From an uncultured Thermoplasmata archaeon (lineage in GTDB: Archaea; Thermoplasmatota; Thermoplasmata; Lutacidiplasmatales; UBA184), in contig CAVRCS010000004.1 of NCBI GenBank assembly GCA_963719635.1, forward strand, positions 693,159-757,158: DNA of 64,000 nucleotides. Reading direction: 5' to 3'. The translations under genes were made by a program, and so were the position numbers. The notes beneath the pieces were generated by a model that had not been told where the DNA came from, ran no database searches, and saw only the letters and a list, made by a program, of their open reading frames with translations. Below, piece by piece: positions 27,799-37,057 of the stretch (its first letter is position 1; every line of letters begins with the position of its first letter).

Positions 27799-28731
27799 AT
27801 GTCGCTCCGGGGCCGGGACGTCGTCTCGATCCGGGACCTTTCTCGGGAGGACATCACCGCGGTCCTCGACGCCGCCGCGAAGATGGTCCCGTTCGCGGAG
27901 GGACGCAAGGCGAAGCCGCTCCTCGAAGGCAGGATTGTCGCGATGGCGTTCTTCGAGCCGTCGACCCGGACCCGGCTCTCGTTCGAGTCGGCGGTGCATC
28001 GGCTCGGCGGCGATTGTCTCACGATCGCCGACGCCGGCGCGACGTCGATCCGCAAGGGCGAGAGCCTGTACGACACGATCCGGATGCTCAGCTCGTACTC
28101 CGACGCGATCGTCCTGCGGCATCCGAACGAGGGGGCCGCGCGGCTCGCCGCCCGTGCCTCGGACCTGCCGGTGCTCAACGCCGGCGACGGCGCCGGGCAG
28201 CACCCGACCCAGACGCTGCTCGACCTCGCCACCATCCGCGAGCGATTCAAGACGCTGAAGGGCCTCCAAGTCGTCCTCCTCGGCGACCTGAGGTTCGGCC
28301 GGACGGTCCACTCGCTCGCCTACGCGCTCTCGTTGTTCGGCGCGGAGCTCATCCTCTCGGGCCCCGAGTCGCTCGGCCTTCCGGCCGAGCACCGCCACGA
28401 GCTCGAGCAGCAGGGCGCGAAGGTCCGTGAGGAGCCGAACCTCGCGGAGGCGATCCGGGACGCGGACGTCCTCTACGTCACGCGGATCCAGAAGGAGCGG
28501 TTCACGGACGAGGCGGAGTACCGGAGCGTCGCCGGGTCGTACCGCGTCGACGCGCGCAGCCTCCGGGACGCGAAGCCGAAGATGATCGTCATGCACCCGC
28601 TCCCCCGGGCCGGGGAGGTCGCGCCGGACGTCGACGAAACGCCGCACGCGGCGTACTTCCGGCAGGCGTTCCTGGCGGTCCCGGTTCGGATGGCGCTGCT
28701 CGCCTCGGTCCTGGCGCGCGGAGGGGCGTAG
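27799..28731 (+). CDS. pyrB: Aspartate carbamoyltransferase catalytic subunit
   Basis: STRTR motif, HPxQ (GQHPTQ) and HPLP. Confidence 0.9.
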   Translation: MSLRGRDVVSIRDLSREDITAVLDAAAKMVPFAEGRKAKPLLEGRIVAMAFFEPSTRTRLSFESAVHRLGGDCLTIADAGATSIRKGESLYDTIRMLSSYSDAIVLRHPNEGAARLAARASDLPVLNAGDGAGQHPTQTLLDLATIRERFKTLKGLQVVLLGDLRFGRTVHSLAYALSLFGAELILSGPESLGLPAEHRHELEQQGAKVREEPNLAEAIRDADVLYVTRIQKERFTDEAEYRSVAGSYRVDARSLRDAKPKMIVMHPLPRAGEVAPDVDETPHAAYFRQAFLAVPVRMALLASVLARGGA

Positions 28732-28733
28732 CC

Positions 28734-29192
28734 GTGCGCGAGCTGAAGATCACGCCCATCCGCAACGGCACCGTCATCGACCACATCGCCAACGGCCTGG
28801 CGCTCGACGTGCTGCGGATCCTCGGGGTTCGCTCGCTCGACCCCGAGTCGACCGTCAGCGTGGCGATGCACGTCCGCTCCGGCAAGCTCGGCTGGAAGGA
28901 CATCGTGAAGGTGGAGAACATCGAGCTCACCGCTCGGGCCGTGAACGCCATCGCGTTGATCGCCCCCACGGCGACGATCTCCATCATCCACGACTACCGC
29001 GTCCGGGAGAAGCGGACGGTCGACCTCCCGCCGAAGGTCGTCGGCGTGCTCCACTGCCCGAACCCCAACTGCATCTCCAACCAGCCGGAGCCGCTCGAGA
29101 GCGAGTTCGAGGTCGTCGCGCGGAATCCGGCCGTGCTCGCGTGCGTCTTCTGCGAGCGGCGGGTCGACGACTTCCTCCACCACCTCGCGTAG
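28734..29192 (+). CDS. pyrI: Aspartate carbamoyltransferase regulatory subunit
   Basis: The zinc domain has four Cys (CPNPNC...CVFC). Starts 3 nt after the pyrB stop. Confidence 0.9.
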   Translation: MRELKITPIRNGTVIDHIANGLALDVLRILGVRSLDPESTVSVAMHVRSGKLGWKDIVKVENIELTARAVNAIALIAPTATISIIHDYRVREKRTVDLPPKVVGVLHCPNPNCISNQPEPLESEFEVVARNPAVLACVFCERRVDDFLHHLA

Positions 29193-29202
29193 CGGGCGTC
29201 GG

Positions 29203-29922
29203 GTGACCGCGCTCGCGCTCGGCGGGGTCCTGGCGGTCCTCGTCATCATCGGCGGGCTCGAGCTGATCGACCGGACGAGCTTCGCGCTCATCGGCCTCGC
29301 CGCCCGGATGCGCGCCCTCGGCGCGTGGAGCGGGGCCGCCGCCGGCTTCCTCGCCACCACGGCGATCGCGGTCGGGGTGGGGGCCGGCCTCGAAGACCTC
29401 CTCGGCCCAGGTCGGCTCCGCGGGCTCCGCATCGCCGGCGGTCTGTTCCTGATCGGCTACGCCGCCTTCACCCTGGCGCGCCACACGGACGACGACGCCA
29501 GCCCGATCCCCGGCTTCAGGGGCGCGTTCGCGGCGGCGTTCGCCACGATCTTCCTCCTGGAGCTGGGGGACACGACGATGATCTTCGAGATCGTCTTCGT
29601 CCCCACGTTCGGCTGGCTGGCGGTGCTGATCGGCGGCTCGGCCGGCCTGCTCGCCGTCGCGGCGTGGGACGTCTGGCTCGGCCGGCGTATCGCCGTCCGC
29701 CTGGCCCCCGCGACGGTGCGCAAGCTGGTCGCCGCGATCCTGTTCGTCGTCGGGGCGCTGACGGTGCTGCTCGCGCTAGCCCCGCGACGATCCCGACGTT
29801 CGGGGTCGGCGGGCCGGGGTAGCGGAGCCGGCCGCGGCAGCGGTCCGCCGCCCCGCTGGCTCTCCGCGGCGTGCGCCGCGGGGTCCTTCGCCCACTCGCG
29901 CGCCGGCTCGGGGAGCGCCTGA
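29203..29922 (+). CDS. UPF0016/GDT1 (TMEM165) family cation transporter
   Basis: Two ELGDTT-type motifs (ELIDRTS and ELGDTTM). The low-complexity GS-rich tail after ~29780 is probably not real; it overlaps the convergent STAND gene. Confidence 0.7.
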   Translation: MTALALGGVLAVLVIIGGLELIDRTSFALIGLAARMRALGAWSGAAAGFLATTAIAVGVGAGLEDLLGPGRLRGLRIAGGLFLIGYAAFTLARHTDDDASPIPGFRGAFAAAFATIFLLELGDTTMIFEIVFVPTFGWLAVLIGGSAGLLAVAAWDVWLGRRIAVRLAPATVRKLVAAILFVVGALTVLLALAPRRSRRSGSAGRGSGAGRGSGPPPRWLSAACAAGSFAHSRAGSGSA

Positions 29923-32048
29923 AGGAGCTCGGGGGAGGAGAGCCGCTCGACGAGGCGGGCGACCTCCTCGGTCCGTCCGGAGCTCTGCTCGAGCAGCGCG
30001 AGGCGGAGGGTCGCTTCTGCCCGGAGCCGCGGCAGACTGAGGGTCGGCGGGAGGTCGGCGATCGCCGAGAAGCGGTCGCGTGCGGCCGCGAGCGAGCCGC
30101 CGATCGCTCCGAGGCGGCCGTCCAGCAGCCAGAGGTCGAGCAGGCCGGGCGACGGCGGGAAGAGGTGGAGGCTGTCGGCGATAAGCCGGGCGCGCTGCAG
30201 CAGCTTCTCCGCGGCGGCCGCCTCGCCCCGCTGGAGGAGGATCCGTGCGATCCCGAGGGCGTGGAACAGCTCGACCGACGGAAGCCGGGCCCTCTCGAGC
30301 GCGCTGATGCTCTGGCGACGGAGCGCCAGCGCCTGGTCCAGCTCGCCGCGTCGCTCGAGCAGCCGGCACTCGAACTCGCCGGCGATGTAGTCGAGCCACC
30401 AGCGGCGCGAATCGCGCAGCAAGAACCGGGCCGCCCGGATGAACCGCTCGGCCTGGAGGACCTCCTCCGGCGAGCCGGGGACGCGGGCGACCCCCATCGC
30501 CAAGAGGCCCAGTGCCTGCAGGTGCCGCTCCGGCAGCTGGTGGGCGCTCTGCGCGGCGCGCAGCGCCTCGGCGCGGGAGCGCTCGATGAGGTTGCGCTCG
30601 GCGTCGTACGCAGGGAGGAGGGTCTCGAGCAGGACCTCCGGTTCCACGAGGCCCGCGTCGTGCAGTCGTTCGGCGAGCTCCACGATCGTCGGTGCGAGGC
30701 GGCCCCGCGGCCCGACCAAGAGCAACGTCGGAAGCACCGGCTCCAGCCAGCTAGCCAGGTCGGACGCGGGCGTCCCGGCGCGGAGGGCCCCGTCGACCCC
30801 CTCGCGGAGCGCGGCCTCGCCTTCTTCCGGGCAGCCGGAGCAGAAGAGCGCCCGGGCGTTCATCAGGTGCATCTCGGGCTCGACGGACGGTCTCTCCGCC
30901 GGTGGAATGGACCGGAGGCAGTCGAGCGCCTCGGCGAGGAGCGTCGTCGCCCGGTCGTAGTCGAGGAGGCCTAGGCTGATCTCCGCCGTCTCGAGCAGCC
31001 TCGCCATCGCCACCGTGTCGGCGGCCGAGGCGAGGTAGTGGTGGGCGATCTCGACGCGGCGGGAGAGCGGCGGCTCGGCCGAGAGGGCCTGCAACCCCTC
31101 CGCGACCTCGTGGTGCCACGTGCGGCGGTCGTCCTCCGGGAGCAACCCCTCGAGGACCGGGACACTCGCCGGGTCGGGCACGGAGAGGCGTCCCTCGCGG
31201 ACCCGGATGAGCCCGACCGCCACCGCGGGCCGCGCGGCGTCCCGGAGGGCGCCCAGGCTGAGTTTGGTGACCCGGGCAAGTTGTACCGCGGGCGCCTCGC
31301 CGCCGATCAGGACGAGGAAACCGAGGAGGCGTACCGCGGGGGCAGGAAGGCCGACGAGCAGCTGGCTCAGTCGATGGACCTCCCGGGGGTCCGGAGCGGT
31401 CCGGCTCAAGCGGATCCAGTCGACGTCGGACCGGCCGAGGAACGCCTCTTCCCAGACCGCCGCGGCAGACGAGGTGGAGTCCAGGGTCACCGCAATGAGC
31501 AGCGGCCGGAGGCGGGCGCGGCGGCTCAGGTCAAGGACGAACTCCCGGCTCTCGGTGTCGAAGACGGCCGACTCCTCGACTAGGATCGCCACCGGGTGCG
31601 CGGACTCGCCCCGGAACTCCGGCAGCAGCCGCTCCCAGTACTCGTCGGCGTTGTGGGCCGCCGGGCCCCGTGTTCGGGCCGTCTCGCCGAAGAACGTGGT
31701 TCGGCCGCGACCGCCCCGCCGCCGGGAGGCCCCCAGGGCTTCGGGGGCGACCGCCACCGGCGCCATGGGCCCTTCTGAGACCGGTTCGGCGCGCCCCTCG
31801 TCCGGGGCGCCCGGGTCGTTCGGCGAAGCGTCGGCCGGCCGCTCCAGCCCCTCGAGCGCTCCCCACGGGATCGAGCGGCCGCGGTACGTGCCTTGCAGGG
31901 TGACGATCCGCCCCTCGAGCGCCTCGACTCCCGTCCGGAGCCTGGCCAGCGCGGCCGACTTCCCGCTCCCGGGAGGACCGAGGATGACGACGGTGCCGGC
32001 CGGTGCGGTCGACGAGCCCTTCCAGCGTGCGGAGGACCGCGGGCTCCA
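29457..32048 (-). CDS. STAND-class NTPase (AAA+ with C-terminal TPR-like helical repeats), frameshift in codon ~18
   Basis: ATG at 32048 with SD GGGTGGGAA gives MEPAVLRTLEGLVDRT. After a 1-nt shift in the CCGGCCGG run (~31995) the frame continues as TVVILGPPGSGKSAAL (Walker A) and AILVEES (Walker B). The true 3' end is probably near 29870, not 29457. Confidence 0.65.
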   Translation of the reverse strand, partial: WSPRSSARWKGSSTAPAGTVVILGPPGSGKSAALARLRTGVEALEGRIVTLQGTYRGRSIPWGALEGLERPADASPNDPGAPDEGRAEPVSEGPMAPVAVAPEALGASRRRGGRGRTTFFGETARTRGPAAHNADEYWERLLPEFRGESAHPVAILVEESAVFDTESREFVLDLSRRARLRPLLIAVTLDSTSSAAAVWEEAFLGRSDVDWIRLSRTAPDPREVHRLSQLLVGLPAPAVRLLGFLVLIGGEAPAVQLARVTKLSLGALRDAARPAVAVGLIRVREGRLSVPDPASVPVLEGLLPEDDRRTWHHEVAEGLQALSAEPPLSRRVEIAHHYLASAADTVAMARLLETAEISLGLLDYDRATTLLAEALDCLRSIPPAERPSVEPEMHLMNARALFCSGCPEEGEAALREGVDGALRAGTPASDLASWLEPVLPTLLLVGPRGRLAPTIVELAERLHDAGLVEPEVLLETLLPAYDAERNLIERSRAEALRAAQSAHQLPERHLQALGLLAMGVARVPGSPEEVLQAERFIRAARFLLRDSRRWWLDYIAGEFECRLLERRGELDQALALRRQSISALERARLPSVELFHALGIARILLQRGEAAAAEKLLQRARLIADSLHLFPPSPGLLDLWLLDGRLGAIGGSLAAARDRFSAIADLPPTLSLPRLRAEATLRLALLEQSSGRTEEVARLVERLSSPELLQALPEPAREWAKDPAAHAAESQRGGGPLPRPAPLPRPADPERRDRRGASASSTVSAPTTNRIAATSLRTVAGARRTAIRRPSQTSHAATASRPAEPPISTASQPNVGTKTISKIIVVSPSSRRKIVANAAANAPLKPGIGLASSSVWRARVKAA

Positions 32049-32168
32049 TCGACGCCAATTCCCACCCGATTACGCATGCAAAGCCCCGCGATTTAAGTCG
32101 CAGGGTGGCCCCGGCCCACAGCCGCGCGCTGACCTAACCATTAAGAAACGCATCGCGCTCGCGGCGAC

Positions 32169-33236
32169 GTGCCTCCGTCGCTCGCTGCCCGGCGCCGGCC
32201 CTTTCTGCGGCAAGCCGTCCGCGCCGTCGATGTCACCCGGGCCCGGAGCCTGGGCCGCTTGCTCGAGCAGTTCCAGACGACCTCGATCCAGGCGCGGAAC
32301 CTTGGTCGCTGTCTCGAGGTCTGGGAGAACGCGCTTCTCGACCGGAAGCGGCCCACGATCTTCCTGGGCCTCGCCGGACCGCTCATTGCGGCGGGGCTCC
32401 GCAAGGTCCTGCGCGACATGGTCGACTGGGGGCTGGTCGATGTGGTCGTCTCCACGGGCGCCGTGCTCTACCAGGACCTCTACCAGACGCTCGGCGGCCA
32501 GCACTGGATGGGCACCCCGACCGCGGACGACGTGCGCCTGCGCGAGCTGTACCTCGACCGGATATACGACACGTACGTTGACGAGCTCAAGTTCGAGGAG
32601 ACCGACCGGGCGATCGGTCGGGTGACGGATCAGTTCCCCCCGCGGACGGCGTCTTCGCGCGAGTTCCTCGGCTTCCTCGGGAAGAAGTTCCCCTCGACCA
32701 ACTCGATCCTGTCGACGGCCGCCCGCCGCGGGGTCCCGGTCTTCTCGCCCGCGCTGATCGACAGCTCGATCGGGATCGGCCTCACCCTCCACTATCAGGC
32801 AAGTCGGGGCAAGAGCCCGCGATTCGTGCTGGATGCCGTCCGGGACAACTACGAACTGGTCCAGATCTTGGCCGCCTCCAAGCGCACCGCCGTTGTCTAC
32901 ATCGGCGGCGGGACCCCGAAGAACTGGATCAACGACGGGATCGTCATGGCGAACTACGCCTTCGGTCGGGAGGGCGAGGGGCACGCCTACGCGATCCAGA
33001 TCACCACCGACGTCCCGCACTGGGGGGGCCTCTCCGGGAGCACGCTGGACGAGGCGCAGTCCTGGGGCAAGATCGCGAAAACGGCGACTCGCTCGATGGC
33101 GCACGTCGAAGCGTCGATCGGCCTGCCGCTGCTCGTCGGGGCGCTCTGGGACCGCCGCAAGAAGTGGCAGCGACGCCCGCGCCTACGGTTCGACTGGAAA
33201 GCCGACCAGGTGAAGATCCGCCGTTCGTGGCCCTAA
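32169..33236 (+). CDS. dys: Deoxyhypusine synthase
   Basis: LGLAGPLIAAGLR, GGGTPKNW and DVPHWGGLSG. TATA-like CATTAAGAAA at 32139-48 is 25 nt upstream of GTG 32169 (leaderless). Confidence 0.85.
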   Translation: MPPSLAARRRPFLRQAVRAVDVTRARSLGRLLEQFQTTSIQARNLGRCLEVWENALLDRKRPTIFLGLAGPLIAAGLRKVLRDMVDWGLVDVVVSTGAVLYQDLYQTLGGQHWMGTPTADDVRLRELYLDRIYDTYVDELKFEETDRAIGRVTDQFPPRTASSREFLGFLGKKFPSTNSILSTAARRGVPVFSPALIDSSIGIGLTLHYQASRGKSPRFVLDAVRDNYELVQILAASKRTAVVYIGGGTPKNWINDGIVMANYAFGREGEGHAYAIQITTDVPHWGGLSGSTLDEAQSWGKIAKTATRSMAHVEASIGLPLLVGALWDRRKKWQRRPRLRFDWKADQVKIRRSWP

Positions 33237-33505
33237 ACCGCACGCGCGGAACCGGGGCCGGTAGAACCCCGTTCCGGCGGGCCCGGCGCATAGGAAACTA
33301 ATACGGAGGCGCATCCGTGCGCACCCATGCGGACGGTATATCCGGGGGAATCCTCGGGGGAAGACTGCGACCGTTTAAATACCCTCTTCCCGGGAAGCGC
33401 CTCGGAGGTGAGTCGCCGATGTACATGCCCATCGTTCCCCCGCTACCCCGCGAGCAGCTGTAGACGCTGTCCGAGGGACGGGGGGGCTTCCCGGCCCCCC
33501 TGCGC

Positions 33506-36002
33506 CTATGATCCACCGGGGCCAGGGCGTGTCTGAGCGCCCGTGGTACTGGGGAGGCGAACCTTCTCGGTCTGGGTTCGGCGAGCAGCCGCGACCTTGG
33601 GCCCGAGTTCCTGCGATGTTAGCGCGGTGAGCGCTTTCAGGCTGAGGCTGTCGGCAATCCGCAGGGCAGCGTCGTAGTGAGCGCCCGCCTCGTCGGTCTT
33701 CCCTAGAGCGAGGTAGACTTCGACCAGGTAGGTGTGAGCGAGAACGAGCGAGTCAGAGGGGGCGATCTGCTCGAGGACTTCCACTCCTCGTCTGCCGTGT
33801 TCGAGGGCCTCTTGGACAAGCCAAGGATTCCCACCCTGGTCCGCTTGTCGCAACTCCGAGGCGCAGAGGCTCGCCAGCGTGTGGCCAAGCACCAAGTTGT
33901 TGCCGAGCCGTTCGGCAAGTTCGCTTGCCTGCTTCGCATAGGCAGAAGACGCCGGCCACTGCTTCCGCTCGGCGGCGAGGGACGCGAGGCCACTGAGCGC
34001 ATACGTGAGCTGGGTCAGGTATCCCAGGGCCTCTGCCTCGGATTTCACGCCAGCAACCTCAGCCTCTGCTCGGTCCTGCTGGCCCAAGTCAGAGTACGCA
34101 CGCGCCCTCACCAGACGCAAGTTGAACACAATGTCCATATGTCCTGACTTTCGAGCTGGAGGCAGGGCCTCGGAAACGAGGCGAAGTGCAACGTCTGGGC
34201 CGCTTGCGCCCTCCGCATACTTGGACCACGAGACGATGCTCTCTAGGGCCAGATCCGAGGCGCGCGCGGTTCTGGCGGCCTCGAAGGCGCGCTGATACTC
34301 CTGCGAGGCGAGCTTCCACGCGCTTCTGCCCTCCGCGAGACGCGCCTTGGTTAGTGCCACATAGGCTTGCAGCCGGCGCGACGTCGACGCGCTGCGCTGG
34401 GCGACCGTGAAATCGGTCTCCGCGGCTGCTACGTCCCCCAGCTTCAGGTCGAGGTCAACCACTCTGAGCTGGGCTTCCTTTCTCAGCCGAGCATCCCCCG
34501 GGGCGAGAGTGGCGGCCCGACGCAGCGAGAGCACCGCCTCGGCGTAGTCGGAGTGTTGTCTGAGAAGCGTCGCCTCGGAAAGGTACGCCCTGACCTTCGA
34601 GGGACCCGCCGTCAGTCCTGTGACCAAGGACCGGATGGCCCCTCGAAGGGCCTCCGAATACCCGAGTCGAAAGATCTCGGTCTCACGAGCCGAGAGGAGG
34701 TCTGCAGCCTCCTTCCACTCCTCGCCGTGCACTAGGTGCAAGAATCGCTCGCGGAGGGGTTCCGGCCGATGGCTCCTGGAATAGAACCGGGCAAGTCGAC
34801 GATGAGCCGATCGTTCGTCCCCCGGATCCACCCGCGCGAGCAACGCCGACCGAATGGCCTGAAGGACCTCGTAACGGCCGTGCGATGCAGGCTGGAGGAT
34901 GCCCTCCCTCGACAGATTCCTCAGCCGCTCCTCGGTCAGTGCGTGATCCTCCAGGAGAAAGTCGAGTGGGAGCGGTTCGTTCGAGACGGCTGCTGGGGTG
35001 AGCGCCCGCAGCTCGTCGCTCCGTAGCCTGGCCACAGCCGCCGCTGGGAGGTCAAGCGCCTCGGTCGCGACGTCCGGCCGAGACACCGCCAGCTTGAGGA
35101 GGAGTGGCGACCCCAGTGTTGCCCGGTACACGTCCTCGAATCGGTCCGCCAATCCTCCCTGCCGGTCGGTCAACTCGTGGGCCGCCACCCTGTCAAGACC
35201 CCCGACAGCGATGCGGTGAACCGGGAGCGTCCCAACTGCTAGTTCGATTCCACTTTGTCCGATCAGGTAGAACTGGTGTCGGCCCCGGCTTCCAAGGGCA
35301 CCTACGAACTCGCCGATGAACGCACGCAGGTCAGGACCCGCTAGGTGGAAATCGTCGACCACCGCAGCGAGTGCCTTCTCCTCGAGGGCGCGGGCTGCGA
35401 GGTCCGCGCACTCCCTGGGGAGGGGGTTCCTAGGCAGTTGGGCGTAGTACGCAAGCTGAGGTCTGCCGAGCGCCGACAAGGCGTGGGCAAGAGCCGTCAC
35501 AAACTGTCTGGCAGAACTCGCGGTTCGGATGGTGTACCAGAAGGCCACACGACCCTGGCCGGACCGTCGCAGAAACCGCGCAACGAGCGAGGTCTTGCCC
35601 ATACCTGGAGGCCCGTCCACCACCGTCACCGCGGCAGGCCCGCCGGCCCTCGCGCCCAGGGATTCGAGCTCCCCGCGGCGGCCCAGGAACGGGTGGGGCG
35701 GCGGAGGCAATTCGCCGGACACGAGCGCCAGCCCGCTGGTCTCTCGCTTCAGGCGCCCTATCCCGCCCTGGGTCAGCCGATATGTCAGGTGTTTCCGTAC
35801 GCCGTCGCGAACCGGGGCCCTTTCCACGGTCAGCTGACCGGAGCGGACCAGCCCTTCGAGCGGCCTGGACATCGAGCAGGGGTGGTAGCCGAGCGCGGCC
35901 GCCAGCTCCCCCTGTCCGATCCCATACCCGCCCTCTGTGGGCGCCTCGTGGGTGCGGATGTAGTCGAGGATCTCGACAGGGAGGTGCGTCTTGGAGGCCC
36001 AC
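33506..36002 (-). CDS. Transcription regulator: TrmB-like winged HTH + NB-ARC/STAND NTPase + TPR repeats
   Basis: wHTH ILDYIRTHEAP...ELAAALG...SRPLEGLVRSGQL. Walker A VVDGPPGMGKTSL and Walker B AAVVDDFH. SD AGGAGA plus GTG at 36002 is one frame off the wHTH frame (CCTCC run), so either a frameshift or a noncanonical start. Confidence 0.7.
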
Positions 36003-36056
36003 GGCTCTCCTACGCTCTTCGGGGTATTAGAATTAATTTGTACAAAATAACTGAAG

Positions 36057-36072
36057 GGGTTTAAATATAAAA
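36057..36072. promoter_or_regulatory. Bidirectional BRE/TATA element GAAGGGGTTTAAATATAAAA in a 60-bp AT-rich island
   Basis: The TATA centre is 26 nt upstream of ATG 36092 (leaderless, plus strand). It is ~60 nt upstream of the SD+GTG of the minus-strand regulator. Confidence 0.65.
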
Positions 36073-36091
36073 TCCCGCCCAGTAAGAGCTG

Positions 36092-36451
36092 ATGAGCCGC
36101 GCAGCGGGCCCAAAATACCTCGGGGGCATCGGCCTCATGCTCGAGGTCGCCCACGTCTGCCCCCGCTGCGGCACCAGGCTCCCGGACTCGCCCTCTGCCT
36201 CGAGCTGGCACCTTTCGGGCCGCGGCTGCCGCCCGACGGTCTTCGCCGCCCTCCCCGAACCCGAGCCCCGGACGGTCGAGGACGACGAGATCCCCCCGAT
36301 GCCGGCGGGGCGGAAGATCCACGACTTCGAGGTTCCCTCTGGACAGGCCCTCCTCCCGGGCGAGGTCGGCCGCGTAACCGGCGCTCCCGGGATCGCCCGG
36401 AGCCTCGCGATCCCCTGGCTGCGCCCGCCCGACCTCGGCGAGGTGCTCTGA
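36092..36451 (+). CDS. Small zinc-ribbon protein (119 aa)
   Basis: A leaderless start directly downstream of a strong TATA. Contains the CPRCGTRL motif. Confidence 0.5.
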   Translation: MSRAAGPKYLGGIGLMLEVAHVCPRCGTRLPDSPSASSWHLSGRGCRPTVFAALPEPEPRTVEDDEIPPMPAGRKIHDFEVPSGQALLPGEVGRVTGAPGIARSLAIPWLRPPDLGEVL

Positions 36452-36810
36452 TGTTGGACCGGGCCCACCCGCACAGTGGCAGTGACGTCCACAGGAGCGG
36501 GGGCCGGGCGACGAGCTACTCGTCCAAGGTCGTCTTCGCAGTTGCCCCGTCGTTGCGGGTAGTAAGCCCCACCCACTGGGGCTGGCCCCACTGGCTCGCC
36601 CCAGTCTACCGGACGGCCGGGCAGCACCCCTCCTCCCACCGCACCCTCGAGGAATACCAGTGATGGACATTCCGCTGTAGATCACGATGTCTTGGCCCCC
36701 GCCGGAGTTCCCGGCTCCGCGGGGGCCGTTTATTTTCCGGGCCGACGTTCGCACGCGGGAGACCCTGCGGCTCGGGCACAAAGGAAAGATACCCTGCTCG
36801 CTCCCCGACG

Positions 36811-37050
36811 GTGAGTATGGACGCCGTCAAGTGCGCGACCTGTGGCCAGCCGGCCGACGCGGGCTACCTCTCCACCTCGAACGGCTCGGGGCTCTTCTGG
36901 GCCCACGAGGCGGCCTCGGCGCGTCTGCGCCCCAAGGGGCTCGAGGTCCTGGTCGGCACCGGGTTCGGGGGCACCTACTCCGCGAACCTGCCCGGCGTCC
37001 GATGCGCTCACTGCGGGACGGTGCTGCTGACCCTCCCGAAGGGGAAGTAG
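36811..37050 (+). CDS. Small zinc-ribbon protein (79 aa)
   Basis: Two CxxC pairs (KCATCG ... RCAHCG). Confidence 0.4.
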   Translation: MSMDAVKCATCGQPADAGYLSTSNGSGLFWAHEAASARLRPKGLEVLVGTGFGGTYSANLPGVRCAHCGTVLLTLPKGK

Positions 37051-37057
37051 CCCGGGA

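Noticed and set aside
33350-33372. tRNA T-arm-like GGGGGAATCCTCGGGGG
   Set aside because: The G-runs on both sides are not complementary. No acceptor or anticodon arm can be built. I found no tRNA anywhere in the window by inspection.
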